The notes beneath the pieces were generated by a model. The model saw only the letters and a program-made list of their open reading frames with translations. It searched no databases and was not told where the DNA came from. 64,000 nucleotides of DNA from Raillietiella orientalis (Eukaryota): contig JAYWIR010000006.1 in NCBI GenBank assembly GCA_036172245.1, positions 5,580,001-5,644,000 on the forward strand. The letters run 5' to 3'. Both the position numbers and the translations under genes were made by a program. Within the stretch, counting starts at the first letter, position 1. Every line of letters begins with the position of its first letter. Shown here one piece after another: positions 11,460 through 23,334 of the stretch.

Positions 11460-13645
11460 TCCGGGTAGAATCCCTCCCCCAATCTATCCCCTCAACCACC
11501 CCGCTTCTCCTCCGTCCTTTTTTTCCGTTTGTTTTTTTACTTTCGTTTTCTCTTCTTCCTTCCCCCCCTTCTCCCTCCCCCATAAGCTGCCGCAGGGGAC
11601 CTCGCCATTGTGCGCACCGGCAAGTCGGCAGGGTCAGTGCGTGTTTCTTTTTTTTGAGGGGAGGTCATGTGGCACAACTATCTGTCCTACCACAAAAATG
11701 CCTTTTAGTCCTTTTGTGATGAATGCCCCGAGGCAAGAACCGGGTGAAAAACGTACTTCCCACGCAGGGGACCTCCTTTCCTCTGCTCTCCCCCAGTCCA
11801 TCCTTCAAGCCCGCGTGCCTTGCCTGGGAGCGGGGTCTCCGCCTTTTGCCCACTAGTTCCCTCGCGGCCCCCAGGCAAGGGGCAGGAGGTGCGCTGGACG
11901 CCCCGGTTTCGTCTGACGACCGTGGCGGGTCCTCTAACGAGAGAGGCCGTCCCGCCCGCCCCCTCCCATTCCTTTCCGCCTCCGGGAGGGCTTCCCCGCC
12001 GGTCTTCCAGAGTGGAACCCTTCCTCCCCCGAAGGCTAAGCACCTTCTCTTGAGGGGGCTGAGCCTCGGCCACTTTCGGCTGCTCGAGGAGGGCACCTGC
12101 TTTTTCCCACCCACCCCTGCGGTTCGTATTGGGACGGCAGACTCCCGACGCTCAGACGCTGGAACGGCCGGAGGTTCGGCTGCGATGGGGACCGTCAGCT
12201 ATCGCGGCGAAGAACTGAAGCTCCCCCTGGAGCGTCTCCGCATGCCGCCTCACCGGTCGTGCATCCGAAAGGATCCGAGGACGCGCGCCTCACCTTTTGT
12301 GCCCTGGCTGATAGGTAGGAAAATGCGGAATCCTTCTCGGGCGGATGGCCACCCTGGCGAAGGAGAACGGCCGGATGGCCGGCTGTCCCGCCAACTGCAG
12401 CGCTCGGCTGCAAGAAGCAGCCGGCACGTGGGCAAATGCAAATGCACCAAGCTCGAATACGCGGGACCGCCTGCGACACGGTGTCCACGCCCGCTGCTCG
12501 CTGCGGAGGATCCTAAAGAGTTCCAGCGTGAGCACGTGGGTGGAGCTGATCCCCTCCCCTTCTAGCGCATCGCTGCCCTCCCTGAAAGAGGCTAATGACA
12601 GCAGCCGACCGGCGAGGTGAGGAGTCTCTTGCGAGGTCGCAGGCAGACGGAAGCTCGTGGGTGAATGGACCATGGGCCAACTGGCGGATGCTGCGATCCC
12701 GAGTGCGCTTCTACGTGGACTTCAATGCATGAGCAAGCTGCGCGACATTCTTGGGGAGACCTGTAGTGACCCCCAGCGTTCGTGGACGGCAGCGTTCTCC
12801 CCCTGAAGTGGCAGGAGTCGTCACTTCCGCTGTTGCTCTAGGGTCTCCCCTACGGCCCTTCCACGTGGACTTCAACCCCGTGGCGAGCTGCCGAGAGTTC
12901 TTAGTGAAGATCTGAAGTGACCCCTGGCTCTCGTGGACAGCAGTGCCTTTCCCCTGAGGTGGCGGGAGTCGGTGCTTCCGCTGTTTCACTGCGGCTTTCC
13001 GCTACAACGCCTGCCGACACCACTGGACGCTGGGGAGTGCAAACCCGCACTGTCGCAGGTGTGGGAACAGGAATATCCTCTCCTGCACCTGTTAGAGGAC
13101 TGAGTTGCCCTCGGGCCCCTATGGAAACGTTTTGCAGCGATCCTGTGGACTCCTGTTGGCAACCAGCCCCAGGGTTGGCTTATGACTCCTCTTCGTGCGC
13201 TTTCGCCAGCCGCAGCCTCAGCAGCTCCATTCTGCATCCGTGGGATGCGGCGGCCTGGAGCGACTCTCGACGAGGACCACGCGGAAAGGACACCATCGAC
13301 TTCGTGCAGTCCGCTTCCTGTGGACGGCCTCCAGATGGCCGCACCTGGGAGCTATGTGGACACCTTGCCGGCATCCTATCAAGGATGCAGAGGATTCACT
13401 CCAACTGATCGTGATATCCCTTCCCTCCCCCCTCCCTCATAGTGATTCTATTGATCGCTATTTATTGTTTTATTTGGTTTTTCTTTTTGATTTCTCTCCT
13501 CCCTGTCTCTGCCGAGGTGAACCTCGCCGGTCGGCGTGCTGGAGACCCGGCAGGTCCTCTGTGGGAGTGAACGTGGTGGGACCTGACACACCAACCGCAA
13601 GTTTATTGTCATCCCATAAAAGCTTTGGCCTGACCGGGTGGCAAC
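11460..13645 (+). mobile_element. Decayed, internally deleted LTR-retrotransposon-like element with LTR-like repeats at ~11460-11750 and ~13386-13643
   Basis: Frameshifted integrase-like remnants at ~12350-12550 ('HP..NG...RLSRQL', 'LRRILK....ELI'). The ORF-end 'LAGILSRM' runs into a TG...CA ~258-nt repeat shared with copies at 41.1 and 47.9 kb. Confidence 0.45.
12711..12990. repeat. Diverged tandem duplication, ~150-nt unit, two copies
   Basis: ACGTGGACTTCAA at 12713 and 12863; AGTGACCCC, TCGTGGAC, CCCCTGA.GTGGC.GGAGTCG and CTTCCGCTGTT recur at 150-151 nt spacing. Confidence 0.85.
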
Positions 13646-16600
13646 CCCCCTGCAGTTCTCTTCTGCTCCATCTCTCCCGTTCTCTCCTCCCCACGCAACA
13701 ACGGCCACTTCCTTTGCACCCAGATCTCCGGAGGGCGAGGTCAGGAAGCTGCTCCCTGCTGCGGTTTTCTCCTCTCCCCCTTCCGGTTGCACACTCTGCG
13801 GTTTCCCCTTGCGGGCTGAAGGATTTTCCCAGTCATTGGATCCGTACCCTTGCCATTCGGAGAGGACACTCTCCAGGTGCTTAGGGAAGAAAGGAGATTG
13901 CCGCGTTTTCCGCAGATTACTTTTTCGGAGAGGAGGGGGCCGCTGCGGGGACCACCGAAGCGGTGGTGTCCGCAGCGACCAGTGACTGATATGTAGGATA
14001 CCCTGTCTCAGGTCTCCCGGTCCGGTAGGCGGGCAGCAGCATCCGTCCGAGTACTCCCGACTCTGTTCGACCTGGTCGGACGGATGGTTCACCTCGGGAA
14101 GAGGAGGCCCTCACTAGCATCCGAGCGAGCAGTAGTGCAAAGCAGGGCGTTCGCCGAGTCACTGCACCGTTTGAGAGGATCAGTAAATTCAGTACAGAGC
14201 AAATTACGCGATGATCGGTTTTTAATTACTCCATCATTTGATCTGATTTGAGTCAACCGAAAGTCGTCAGAACGCACCTCATGCAACACGAACACGCAAC
14301 ATTAATTGTACAACTCATTTCATCGATCTGATACACCTACATGAAATCCGGTGTGCCTTGCATAGCGTTTATAATGATGTCCTCAGCAGAATGAAAGGAG
14401 TATTTTCATTCGCAAAAGCGACAAATGTGCAGAGTGTTAATATTAATGAATATTATTAATGAATTCTATAGCATTAATATTAATAATTATCAATAATATA
14501 AAATATTCGGCGGTGAGAGAGGGGCCGATAGAAAACGCGAAAGGTGCAGTTTATAGGTGTTAATGAAGTCTTTGATTGCGGTAGAAAGCTCGGAATGTTC
14601 CACGCGGCAGGCGGCAACCCTGAGTACCCTGTAGGGGCCTTTCGGTCGAGGCGGAGCTTCGCGCTCCGCGGGCGTTCTGGGAACGTCGCTATGTCGGTTG
14701 CCCGCCGCGAGAGGACGCACCTCGCCTCAGAGCCTGCCAGTGCTGGGTTTGGGCGTCGCCGCGTTGACTGCTCGCGCTCGCACCCCTAGCCACGGAGGGG
14801 GGTCCAGCAATGCGCGACTCGCGGTGGTTCTCCAGCCGCCGTCTCCGATTGCCGTCGGATGCATCACCGCCCGCGACGCGGCGGGCTGATGCAAGCGGCT
14901 CTCGCGCGCCGCGTCTTGTGGTGGCAGCGGCGACTCAAGCGGACACCGTCCACCCCTCTCCACCTCCTTCTTCCTCATGGCACACGTCCATCCGTGCTGT
15001 CTCCGGGTCCTTCCCGTCGGGCCACTCCGGTTGTCGGGAGTCGCAGGCGTGCGGGCGCGCGCTGGAGCGTCCGTCCGCTTTCGAAATGCGAAACTTCGAG
15101 GGACGTCCTTTCAGGAGGACTGAGGACGTTTCCGCCACTTGGTGGTGACTCGTGAGGCGAGAAGGATCCACTCGTTGACAAGCGAATAGCTAGGAAAGAG
15201 AGAGACCCTGGGCAGTCCCCCTATTCCTCCTTTCTCCCTATGGTAGAAGGGCAGGTCCCGCCCGATGGTCACCGCGCGACCGTCGCCGTCATCGGCTCGC
15301 TGGAGGAGGGAAGGTCACCTCAGAGAGGTTGAGAGAGCGCCCTCCATCTTGTTCGAAGCTCCGCTCACGGCGCGTGGGACCAGAGAGGTGCGTACGCGCT
15401 CTGTACGCTCTCACGGGCGATCCGGGAGGTCCGGTGGAGAGGCGATTCTTTCTCTGCCTTCCCTCCACCCACCTCCGGGTCCCTCTCTGAAGAGAGTCCG
15501 CGTGAGGGTGGGTGGTGGAGTGAGAGAAAGACTCCTGTGGGAACGGCGGCAGGAGGATGGGGTTGTTGGTCGCCACTTTCCTCGTTCCGAGGGCTCCTGG
15601 TTCCCTACCCCGTGTCTTCGGCTAGGTGGCATACTTAGGTTTCCCTGAGCCCTGGGAGAGGATTGGGTAAGGGGCAGATTACCCGGTCGTGGCCGATTAT
15701 GGTTAATCAAGCCGGAGGGTTCTTGTCGCATAGGCACAGTGACGAGCAGTAGCAGCAGCCTAAGGAACGTAAGAGCTCTCTATGTCCGTTCACAGATGCC
15801 TCTGCGCTTCTCAGCGCAGGCGCGATGCTCCCGAAGACTACACGCTTCACTTCCGTGAACGGCGACCTACCGTCTCGTCTGGGAAACATGTCATGCGACC
15901 TGTTCCTCCCTCTCGGAGCGGGTTCGACAACCACTTTGGGTGCAGAAAAATTCCAGGAGAGGGCCACAAGGCACGCTAAGATAATGCCAGCAGAGGCAAA
16001 CGTGGCCCGCGCCTCCGTCATCGTTTGAAGGACAGTCCACCCCCCTCCCCTCCCCACCTTCCCCTGTGACCGAGTCTGAGCCGTCTGCTACGCATCTCCG
16101 GAAGGAGGCTGCTGCTGCCACGCATGTTGCCGTTGGCGCTGACGCCGGCACGCGTGACTATAGGGTCGGTGGCAGTGGACGCGTCGTGGTTGAGGGGACG
16201 CGACGGTGCGCGCATGCACTCGAATACTGCAACCACTGCGTAGGGAGATGCGAGACTTCCAGTTTCTCCTTTCGAAGGATATAGTTGCCTTCTGGAGGTC
16301 CCTGCGTGGCGATCGAGAGGCAGTCCGGACATGGATGCAGAGAAGGAAGGGAGGAAGGGAAGGAGAGCTGTTTTCGAAACGTCCCTAGCCCTCTCCGCCG
16401 AAGAGCTCGCTCTCTACCTCCTCTTTCCGTTCTTCGGGACTGCCATCGGCCGGAAGTCAGGATGGTCAGTTGGCGCGGTTTCGTCGGTGCAAACTCACTA
16501 GGTGGGTCGTTGCTACCCCGGTTGTTGCGTGCCGGAGATGCGACTGCGTCGAGAGCCATCTGGTCGTTCGCTCACCAGTCGGATTTCGCACCACTGTCCC

Positions 16601-17378
16601 CCTTTCCCCCACTTTTCCGAAGAAGGAGACGTCCTGTCTCTTCCTTGCCGGCAACCTGAACATGAAAGCAAAAAAAAAAAAAAAAAAAATGCGGCGATGC
16701 CGGCGCCGCCTGTAGGGGGACTTTGCAGAACGCCCTAGAACCTGTTGTTTTCTGGTCGAAAGATTTCCCGAAAGCCAGGAGGGGGGAGAGGGAAGACGGC
16801 GCCGAACGAAACCTGAAGGAGAAACACCCCAAGTTCCACAGCGACACCTGGGGAGAAGGCAAGCCGGCATCCAGGTGCTCTGGCGAGCCTCCACGCACGT
16901 TGAAATTTTCCGCAGATGCCGCTGTCCTCGCCGCCGCCGCCTCCTACCCTCCCCCCCTCCCCCGCCCGCCCCCTCGCGCGCTTCCCTTCTTTCCGGGTGC
17001 CGTGGACGTCGCTCCCTCAGGACGACGAACGGCAAGTACGACCCCTCCCCCCCCCCCCCCCGGCCGCCCCGAACGGCAGGTACGACACGCACGTGCGTGC
17101 TCGCCGGGACTCGTGCGCCCTGCGGAACGGGCAACGAACGCCCGCTGCGTAACGCGCGCTCCGCGTCGCAATTGGCTCCCCGGAAAGCGCTCGGGGAGAA
17201 AGTGATGCAAGGGACCCCTCGCGCGCACGCGCGCCGTTGCCGCGCAACAGAGCTCAAACAGTCGCCGCGGACGAACGAACGTGTCGGCGGCGCGGCACTC
17301 GACCCATGGCAATGAAAACACGAGATAATGGAGGGAAAAAACTGCTGTCATTGGCACAATCACATGAAAGCTCAATAA

Positions 17379-17488
17379 GTGTGTGTGTACGTGTGTGTGT
17401 GTGTGTGTGTGTACGTGTGTGTGTGTGTATGTGTGTGTGTGTGTGTGTGTGTTTTTTTTCCTGTAGTAGTAGTAGTAGTAGTAGTAGT
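17379..17488. repeat. Compound microsatellite (GT)n + (TAG)n downstream of the FoxO A stop
   Basis: Directly visible: interrupted (GT)n ~17379-17452 followed by (GTA)n ~17463-17488. Confidence 0.95.
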
Positions 17489-17926
17489 GGTAATGGTGGC
17501 GGTGGTTTTTCCACGACGGAATGCTGCGGAAAAGGTTGCATCCAGTCCGCGAAGTATCACATTCTCTGCGAGCAGTCCTCCCAAACTATCTAAATTCCTG
17601 AGACGATGTACAAAAAAAGGAAAAATAAAAAATAATCGAAAGGAGCATCTTCGGGGAAGGTCGCCGTCTCGGCGAGTGCAGCAGCAGTGGACGCGCACGG
17701 GGTGGCCCGCGTGGCCGCGGAACGCAAAAGGAAAGTGAGAGTAAGAAATGCCGCGCGTTCGCCGAGCGCCCGCCCTACTCGCTGGTGACCTCCGCCTCCT
17801 CCCACTTCTCGGGCGTGGGGGGGTGGGAAGTCCGCCGCGCTCACTGGGACGGTCGCCAGACGGGGCTCCGAGGGAAGGAGTGACCCCACGCGTGGACGCG
17901 CGGGGTGAGGGGGCGCCCACTTGCTC

Positions 17927-18529
17927 TCAGCGCACCCAGCTGCCGGACGCTGTCTGGCTGACGGGGTTCAGGTGGCCGGCGGTCAGCTCGGGGACGACGC
18001 CAGAAGCTGCTGCGGCGCTTGCAGCGGCAGCGCCGGAGGAGGAGGAGGAGTTCGAGGAGGTGGAGGAGGAGGAGGAGGAGGAGGAGGCGAACAGGTCCAG
18101 CGTGTCAAAGTTGCCCTCCATGATCAGCTCGTGCCGGATGACCTCGTCCACGTTGCAGTCCAGTCCGGCCCCAAAGTTCTCCAGCGCGAAATCAATGTCC
18201 GTGGGGATGGCTCCCGGGGCGCAAAGCTGCCCCGGGTGAGGTCCCTGCATGCCCGGAGGGTAGCCCTGCGCGAGGCTCCGCGGAGTCTCGCCTTCCTTCT
18301 GGGACAGGGCGGCCCGCAGCATCCCGGCGGACTGCGGCTGCTGCTGCGGCTGCGCCGGCGGCGGCGGCTGGTCGTGCGTTGGCGGTGGCGGCGGCGGCTG
18401 GGAGCCATTGCTCATGGCGCAGTTAAAACTGGGGCTGTAGGTGGGGACGGTGAGGTGGGCGAGCAGGCTGGAATCTCTTGACGACGGAGAGAACGCGTTC
18501 TCGTAGGCTGGTCCGACTCTCAGGGCGCC
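17927..18529 (-). CDS. FoxO: FoxO copy A coding exon 3 (200 codons + stop)
   Basis: Branch point CTAAC, pyrimidine tract CTCTCTCTCTTTCCTTGTGCCCAG, and an in-frame read into ORF 17927..18415 containing the transactivation motif. Stop TGA at 17929-17927. Confidence 0.9.
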   Translation of the reverse strand, partial: GALRVGPAYENAFSPSSRDSSLLAHLTVPTYSPSFNCAMSNGSQPPPPPPTHDQPPPPAQPQQQPQSAGMLRAALSQKEGETPRSLAQGYPPGMQGPHPGQLCAPGAIPTDIDFALENFGAGLDCNVDEVIRHELIMEGNFDTLDLFASSSSSSSSTSSNSSSSSGAAAASAAAASGVVPELTAGHLNPVSQTASGSWVR

Positions 18530-21500
18530 CTGGGCACAAGGAAAGAGAGAGAGCTGCCGTTAGTCGGTGGAAGTGCGCGGCGACGCGAGGCGAGCGAGAA
18601 AAGGGGGAGGTCGCAGAAGCTCCGAGGGGAGGGGAGGGGGGCAGGGCTGCAGAAGCGGCTCTTCTCGGCAGCAGCTACCGACCACGCCTGCTCTCCTGGT
18701 AGTGGTGGCGGCGGCGGTCACTCCTGTAGACACGAGGGTGTGACCGGAGGGAAGATCTTCGCCGGCAACGAGCTGGTTCGCCGCTACCCGCAGCGGATGG
18801 CCCCACTGGCGGCGGCGTCCGGTCCAGGTGACCCGCCGCCCCTCGGGCGCCGCGGCGGGGCGGGGACGGAACGGAAGGGAGACCGCGGCCGCAGGTCCCT
18901 CGGCGACGACCTTGCGGAGGCGGTGCGTGGGCGGGCGACCGAGGAAGACCCTCGGGCGAGGCTGCGGGACCGCAGAGCGGAGAGGTGGGGGTGGGCGAGT
19001 TCACGGCTCTGCGCGAGGTGTCACAGGGGTCGGAAGGGGGGAGGGTTCCGCGTGGTCGAATGGTCGCGACGAAACGCACCTGCGGGAGGCCGCCGCTCGC
19101 GTAGGAGGGCGACCCGTTCCTGGACAGGGTCATCACCGTCTTTGGGGCCGATCCCTTCTGCTGCTGGCCCATGAAGTGGGGCGAGGGGGCGTAGGGGGTG
19201 GCCAGGTAGCCGTTCCCCAGCGGAGGGGGGGGAGGAGGCGGCCTGCCCTTGGCGTCGGTGGGAAAGAACACGCCCTCCATCTTGAGGGTGTCCTGCAGGG
19301 GGTCGCCGCCGACCCCGGCCGCCGCCGCCTGCTGAGGGTCGGCGCCATAGGGCGGAAGAGCGGCGGCCCTTTCCGGGAGCGCATACTTGGGCGCGTACGG
19401 CGGCGGCCAGGGGATGGGCTCCGCCACTTCCGGCTTGCCCGGCTGGATGGGGGTGAGGCGTCCGGAGGAAGAAGCGTTGGAGTTGGTCCGCTGGCGGTAC
19501 CCGCTGGGGCTGACCTGATAGGTCGGGTTGAAGGGGGAGTCGGGGAACATGCCCTCCAGGCCCTCCGGGGACAGCGGGCTGCCGGCCGCCGCCGCGGAGG
19601 CCGCCTCCAGCCCGTTCTTCAGCGGCGCCTCCGCCCTCTTGCGGACGCGGCCGCGCTTTTTCTCGTACTTGGACGTCTCCATGGAGGTTGCCCGCCGGCG
19701 GGCGCACTTGCCCGGCTTAGCGTCCGGGTTGATCATCCACCAGGAGGACTTGCCGGTGCTCTCGTTCTGCACGCGCACGAAGCGGCTGTGGAGGGACAGG
19801 TTGTGCCGGATGGAGTTCTGGAAGCACATGCTGGTCAGCTGTCGTCCGCCTCCCCCCGGGGGGCCGACGAAGGGGCGTTGTTCGGAGGAGGAGCCGCGCT
19901 GCCGCCCGGAGGCGGGATGTCTCCCCTCCCGCCCGACTACCGGAAGGAGCTTCCCCGTCGGACGGCGCCACCCCATTCGCTCCTCCTCCTCCTCCCTCAG
20001 AGTAGCCTCTCCGCCGGATGAGGTGCCCCCACCACGCCCATCGGGCAAAGATGGAAGGGGCACGCTCGCGCGCACAGGTCGAAAAGGAAGGCGCCCTCTT
20101 CTTCCCTCTGCGACTGCTCGCTCGACTCCGCGAGGTTTCCCTGGGTAACGTAGCAAGAGAAGGAGGAGGGGGGGGGAGATTCCTTCCTCCTTCTCCCCCC
20201 CGCCCTCCTCCCGTGGAGCGCAGGCGCCGAGCCGCTAGCGCCGCAATCGCCGAGGGGAGGCGACGCCGACGCCTCGGGGCGTCCGCAGAACTGACAGCGT
20301 CCGGCAGGGCGATCCCACTTTTTCCCGGGAGAGGGACGGCCGCACAGGCGTGGAAGAGGCACGGCGGAGCCGCCGAAAGGCCCCGATAGCGAGGACGATG
20401 GTCCAGATGGAATAGGAGGAGGGAGGAAGGGAAGCAGCGAGGGGCGCAGGCGCCTGCGTGTGAAGTGGCCCTCCCGGCCCTAGGTCCCACCCTCTCCCTC
20501 CGCGCGGAGTCCCCGGGACAGCAACCCTTCCTCGCACTCGGGGAGGCAGGCAGGCGACGAGGACGCGCGCGTGGGGAGGTACGGGCTGGTCCGCGCCCCC
20601 ATGGTGGGAGCGCCACCACCCGAGGGGTCCGCCGCGTGGGCGCGCTGCACCCTGCCCAAGAGCAGGACTCATCCTGCTGTTCCTACGAGGCATCCTGGTG
20701 GCCATTCCGCTGCCACCACCACCGTCTTTCCCCACGCTCCCCGATTCGCGCCCGAGGGAACTGCGGCACTTGGGACGGGAGATGGCGCGAGGGCGATAGC
20801 GACGGCAAGGGCCCCCTTCCTCCTGAACACAGAAAGGGTAAGAAAAGATGGAAAAAAATGGGATGCGGTGGGAACGAACATGCGCTTGATTGGGGATGAC
20901 TGCGGTATCGAAATTCGGAAGGAGTAGAGCCGCTCCGAAATCCGCCATCGCTAGCACGTGCGGCGGATCAACGCCATCTCGTCGCAGCGAGAGCAACCAC
21001 CCGCGGGGGCGTGGCAGAGAAGCGGCAGCGGCGGCAGGAGGGGAAAAAAGGGGGGGAGGAGGAAGGGAGGGAGGGAAGGTTACGACGGCCGGAGAGCTCC
21101 AAGCTCGTCTCCGCGCTGCCCTGCGTATTTGCAGCCCACCAGGAGGCGCGGGGTATCGCTAAGGCCAGGCACGCGTGCGCGCGCCGACCAGTGCGGCACT
21201 CCTGCGCCTGCGCTGACAACGCGAGCGGCAGCGGCGGGAGTTGCGCGCACCCGCCGTTTCCATTCTGCTCCTCTCCACGGAGGCGAAAATGGCGGGCTCG
21301 CGCGAGGCGGCACGCTACCGCTCGTCGGGCGAAGCCCCCCCCCCCATGCCTCTCCTTTCCTCGTCTCCTTCGCGCTCTCCAGAGCGGGCTCAGCGGGAGG
21401 GAAGGCTACTCGGAGACGCTGGACAGGGTGGATCTTCTGGCGGTGCCATCGGGCCGGGGACCGTCCTGCGGCGGTCGGGGGGCAACCGGTACTCCGTTGG

Positions 21501-23292
21501 GTGGCCAAGTTTTGTGCACAAAAAACGGGCCCCGGGGGGAGACGAGCGAAAGGGAAGAGGAGGGTAGGTGCTTGCCACGGAGAGGGCCGCGGTTTCCCCG
21601 GGCAACAGGAGAACGCCAGTGGGCGCGTGGCCATCGTCACCTCCCCTTCCAGGTCCCAAACGGGGGGAGGGCCGAAGAGAAGCGCGCGTTCCCCGCCCCG
21701 GAGGTCGCCTGCATGTGGGTGAGCGAGCCCGAAAGTGGACGGCCATCCTCTGTTCTGACCGAGCGGGGAGGGGGGCAGGCGTGGAGCCATCTTTCCCCTC
21801 TTTTGCCCACCGGTCGAGGGGATGCAACCGGATCAGGGCGTCGCCAAGCAGAACCGGCTTCGGCCTCCTCGCTGGTGGAGGCTCCGGAGCCAAAGGGTGG
21901 AGAGAGGAGAGGGTGGTTGTTCCGAGCATTAGTCTGCCTTCTTCCCGAAGGACTGAAGGGGAGGCGGGGAGGTCGGGGGCGGGAGAAGGAGGGGCTGACT
22001 GGGGGTCTGTGCAGCAGCAACAGCAGCATCCTGCGCGCTGGGTCGGCTCGGGCCCAGTCTTGGCGCCCTTCGCCGAAAGGCCACGAAGGCGAGTCGCTCG
22101 CTCCGGGAGCGATCTAAGGGGGGGAGGAGGAGGAGCGGCGGCGGAGGCAACAGAAGAGCGCCAGCCTCCCTGGGAATGCCGAGTAGCGCCTTTTCACCGC
22201 CGCCGCTGCTTCCCGGGCGCGCACGCCGCCTCCAGGGAGAGGGGGAGGGGCGTCGAGGCGGAGGCTTGGGTTTCATCGCCCGCGAGCCGGCTGGTCTTCC
22301 GGCTCGGAGGAGGCGCTGCGCGTTCGGTGGTGACCGCTCGGCCTCGCGAACCCTCCGGGCGCGAAGGTCGCCCGCCAGCTCGCGAGTTCTCCCTTGCCTC
22401 TTTGGAGAGTGCCCTCTGCCGGGAAGCGTGGGGCAAGGAACGGAGGAAGGAGGGGGGGGGGAGGGACGGGAAGGGGGCGACGCAGGAGCTTTCGAACTCG
22501 AGCAGTCCTGCTCCCGGCTCCAGGGGTCCAGAGAAGTGCGCGCAGTTTCCTGCGGAAAGGGTGTCGCTGCTCGACCGAAAGAGATCCACGGCGGGGCGGC
22601 AGGGAAGAGCACCACGGGGGTAGTAAGCCCCCCCTATGCCGAAAGAGGGGGAAGGAGGAGGGAAAAGCGGGAGTCTTATGAGGCGGCGACGGGCCCCCTC
22701 TCCTGATATCCCGGAAAGGCGAAGCCAGCGGCGCACCTCAGAGGAAGGAGAAAGATGCAGGAGGACGACGGACGAATGCCGTCCCCCCCCCCATCCTGCT
22801 GCCTCCTCCTCCTCCGGGAAGGCAGGCACTCTCCCTCCTTCGGGGACAGGGGCGAAACGTTCAGGGAACCCTCCCTTCTGAACCCTCCGCGACCGGCGAC
22901 CTGCATCTCGAGCGCTCTCTCGGCGGCGGCGGCAGTTTCCAGCAGACTCGCAGCAGCGACCGGCGGGCGGGGAGCAGCAAGATATCTCTGAAAGTCACCT
23001 CACCGGGAACACGCATAGGCTTTCCGAGGTGGAGGGAGGGGTGAGAGACGTAGCTGGCGAGAGAAGGAGAGGGAGGAGGGACGACGGGTGGGGGAAGACA
23101 GGTGTTCCGTATGAATTTGCCAAGCGACCACATGAGTCTCAGAGGAAGAAAAAAAAATCACACATGTTGAAAAAAAAGCATGCATGCACGATTAGATAAA
23201 CGGGCACGGATCCAAGCCGAACAGTGGGATTTATCTTTGCTGAAGAACTAACGATAAGCGTGAATCTCGACAGTGCACGCACGCGCGCGCGC

Positions 23293-23334
<42 letters not shown>

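Noticed and set aside
14430..14510. AT-only island with TATTAATGAAT repeats
   Set aside because: Low-complexity patch with no defined element ends or interpretable motif.
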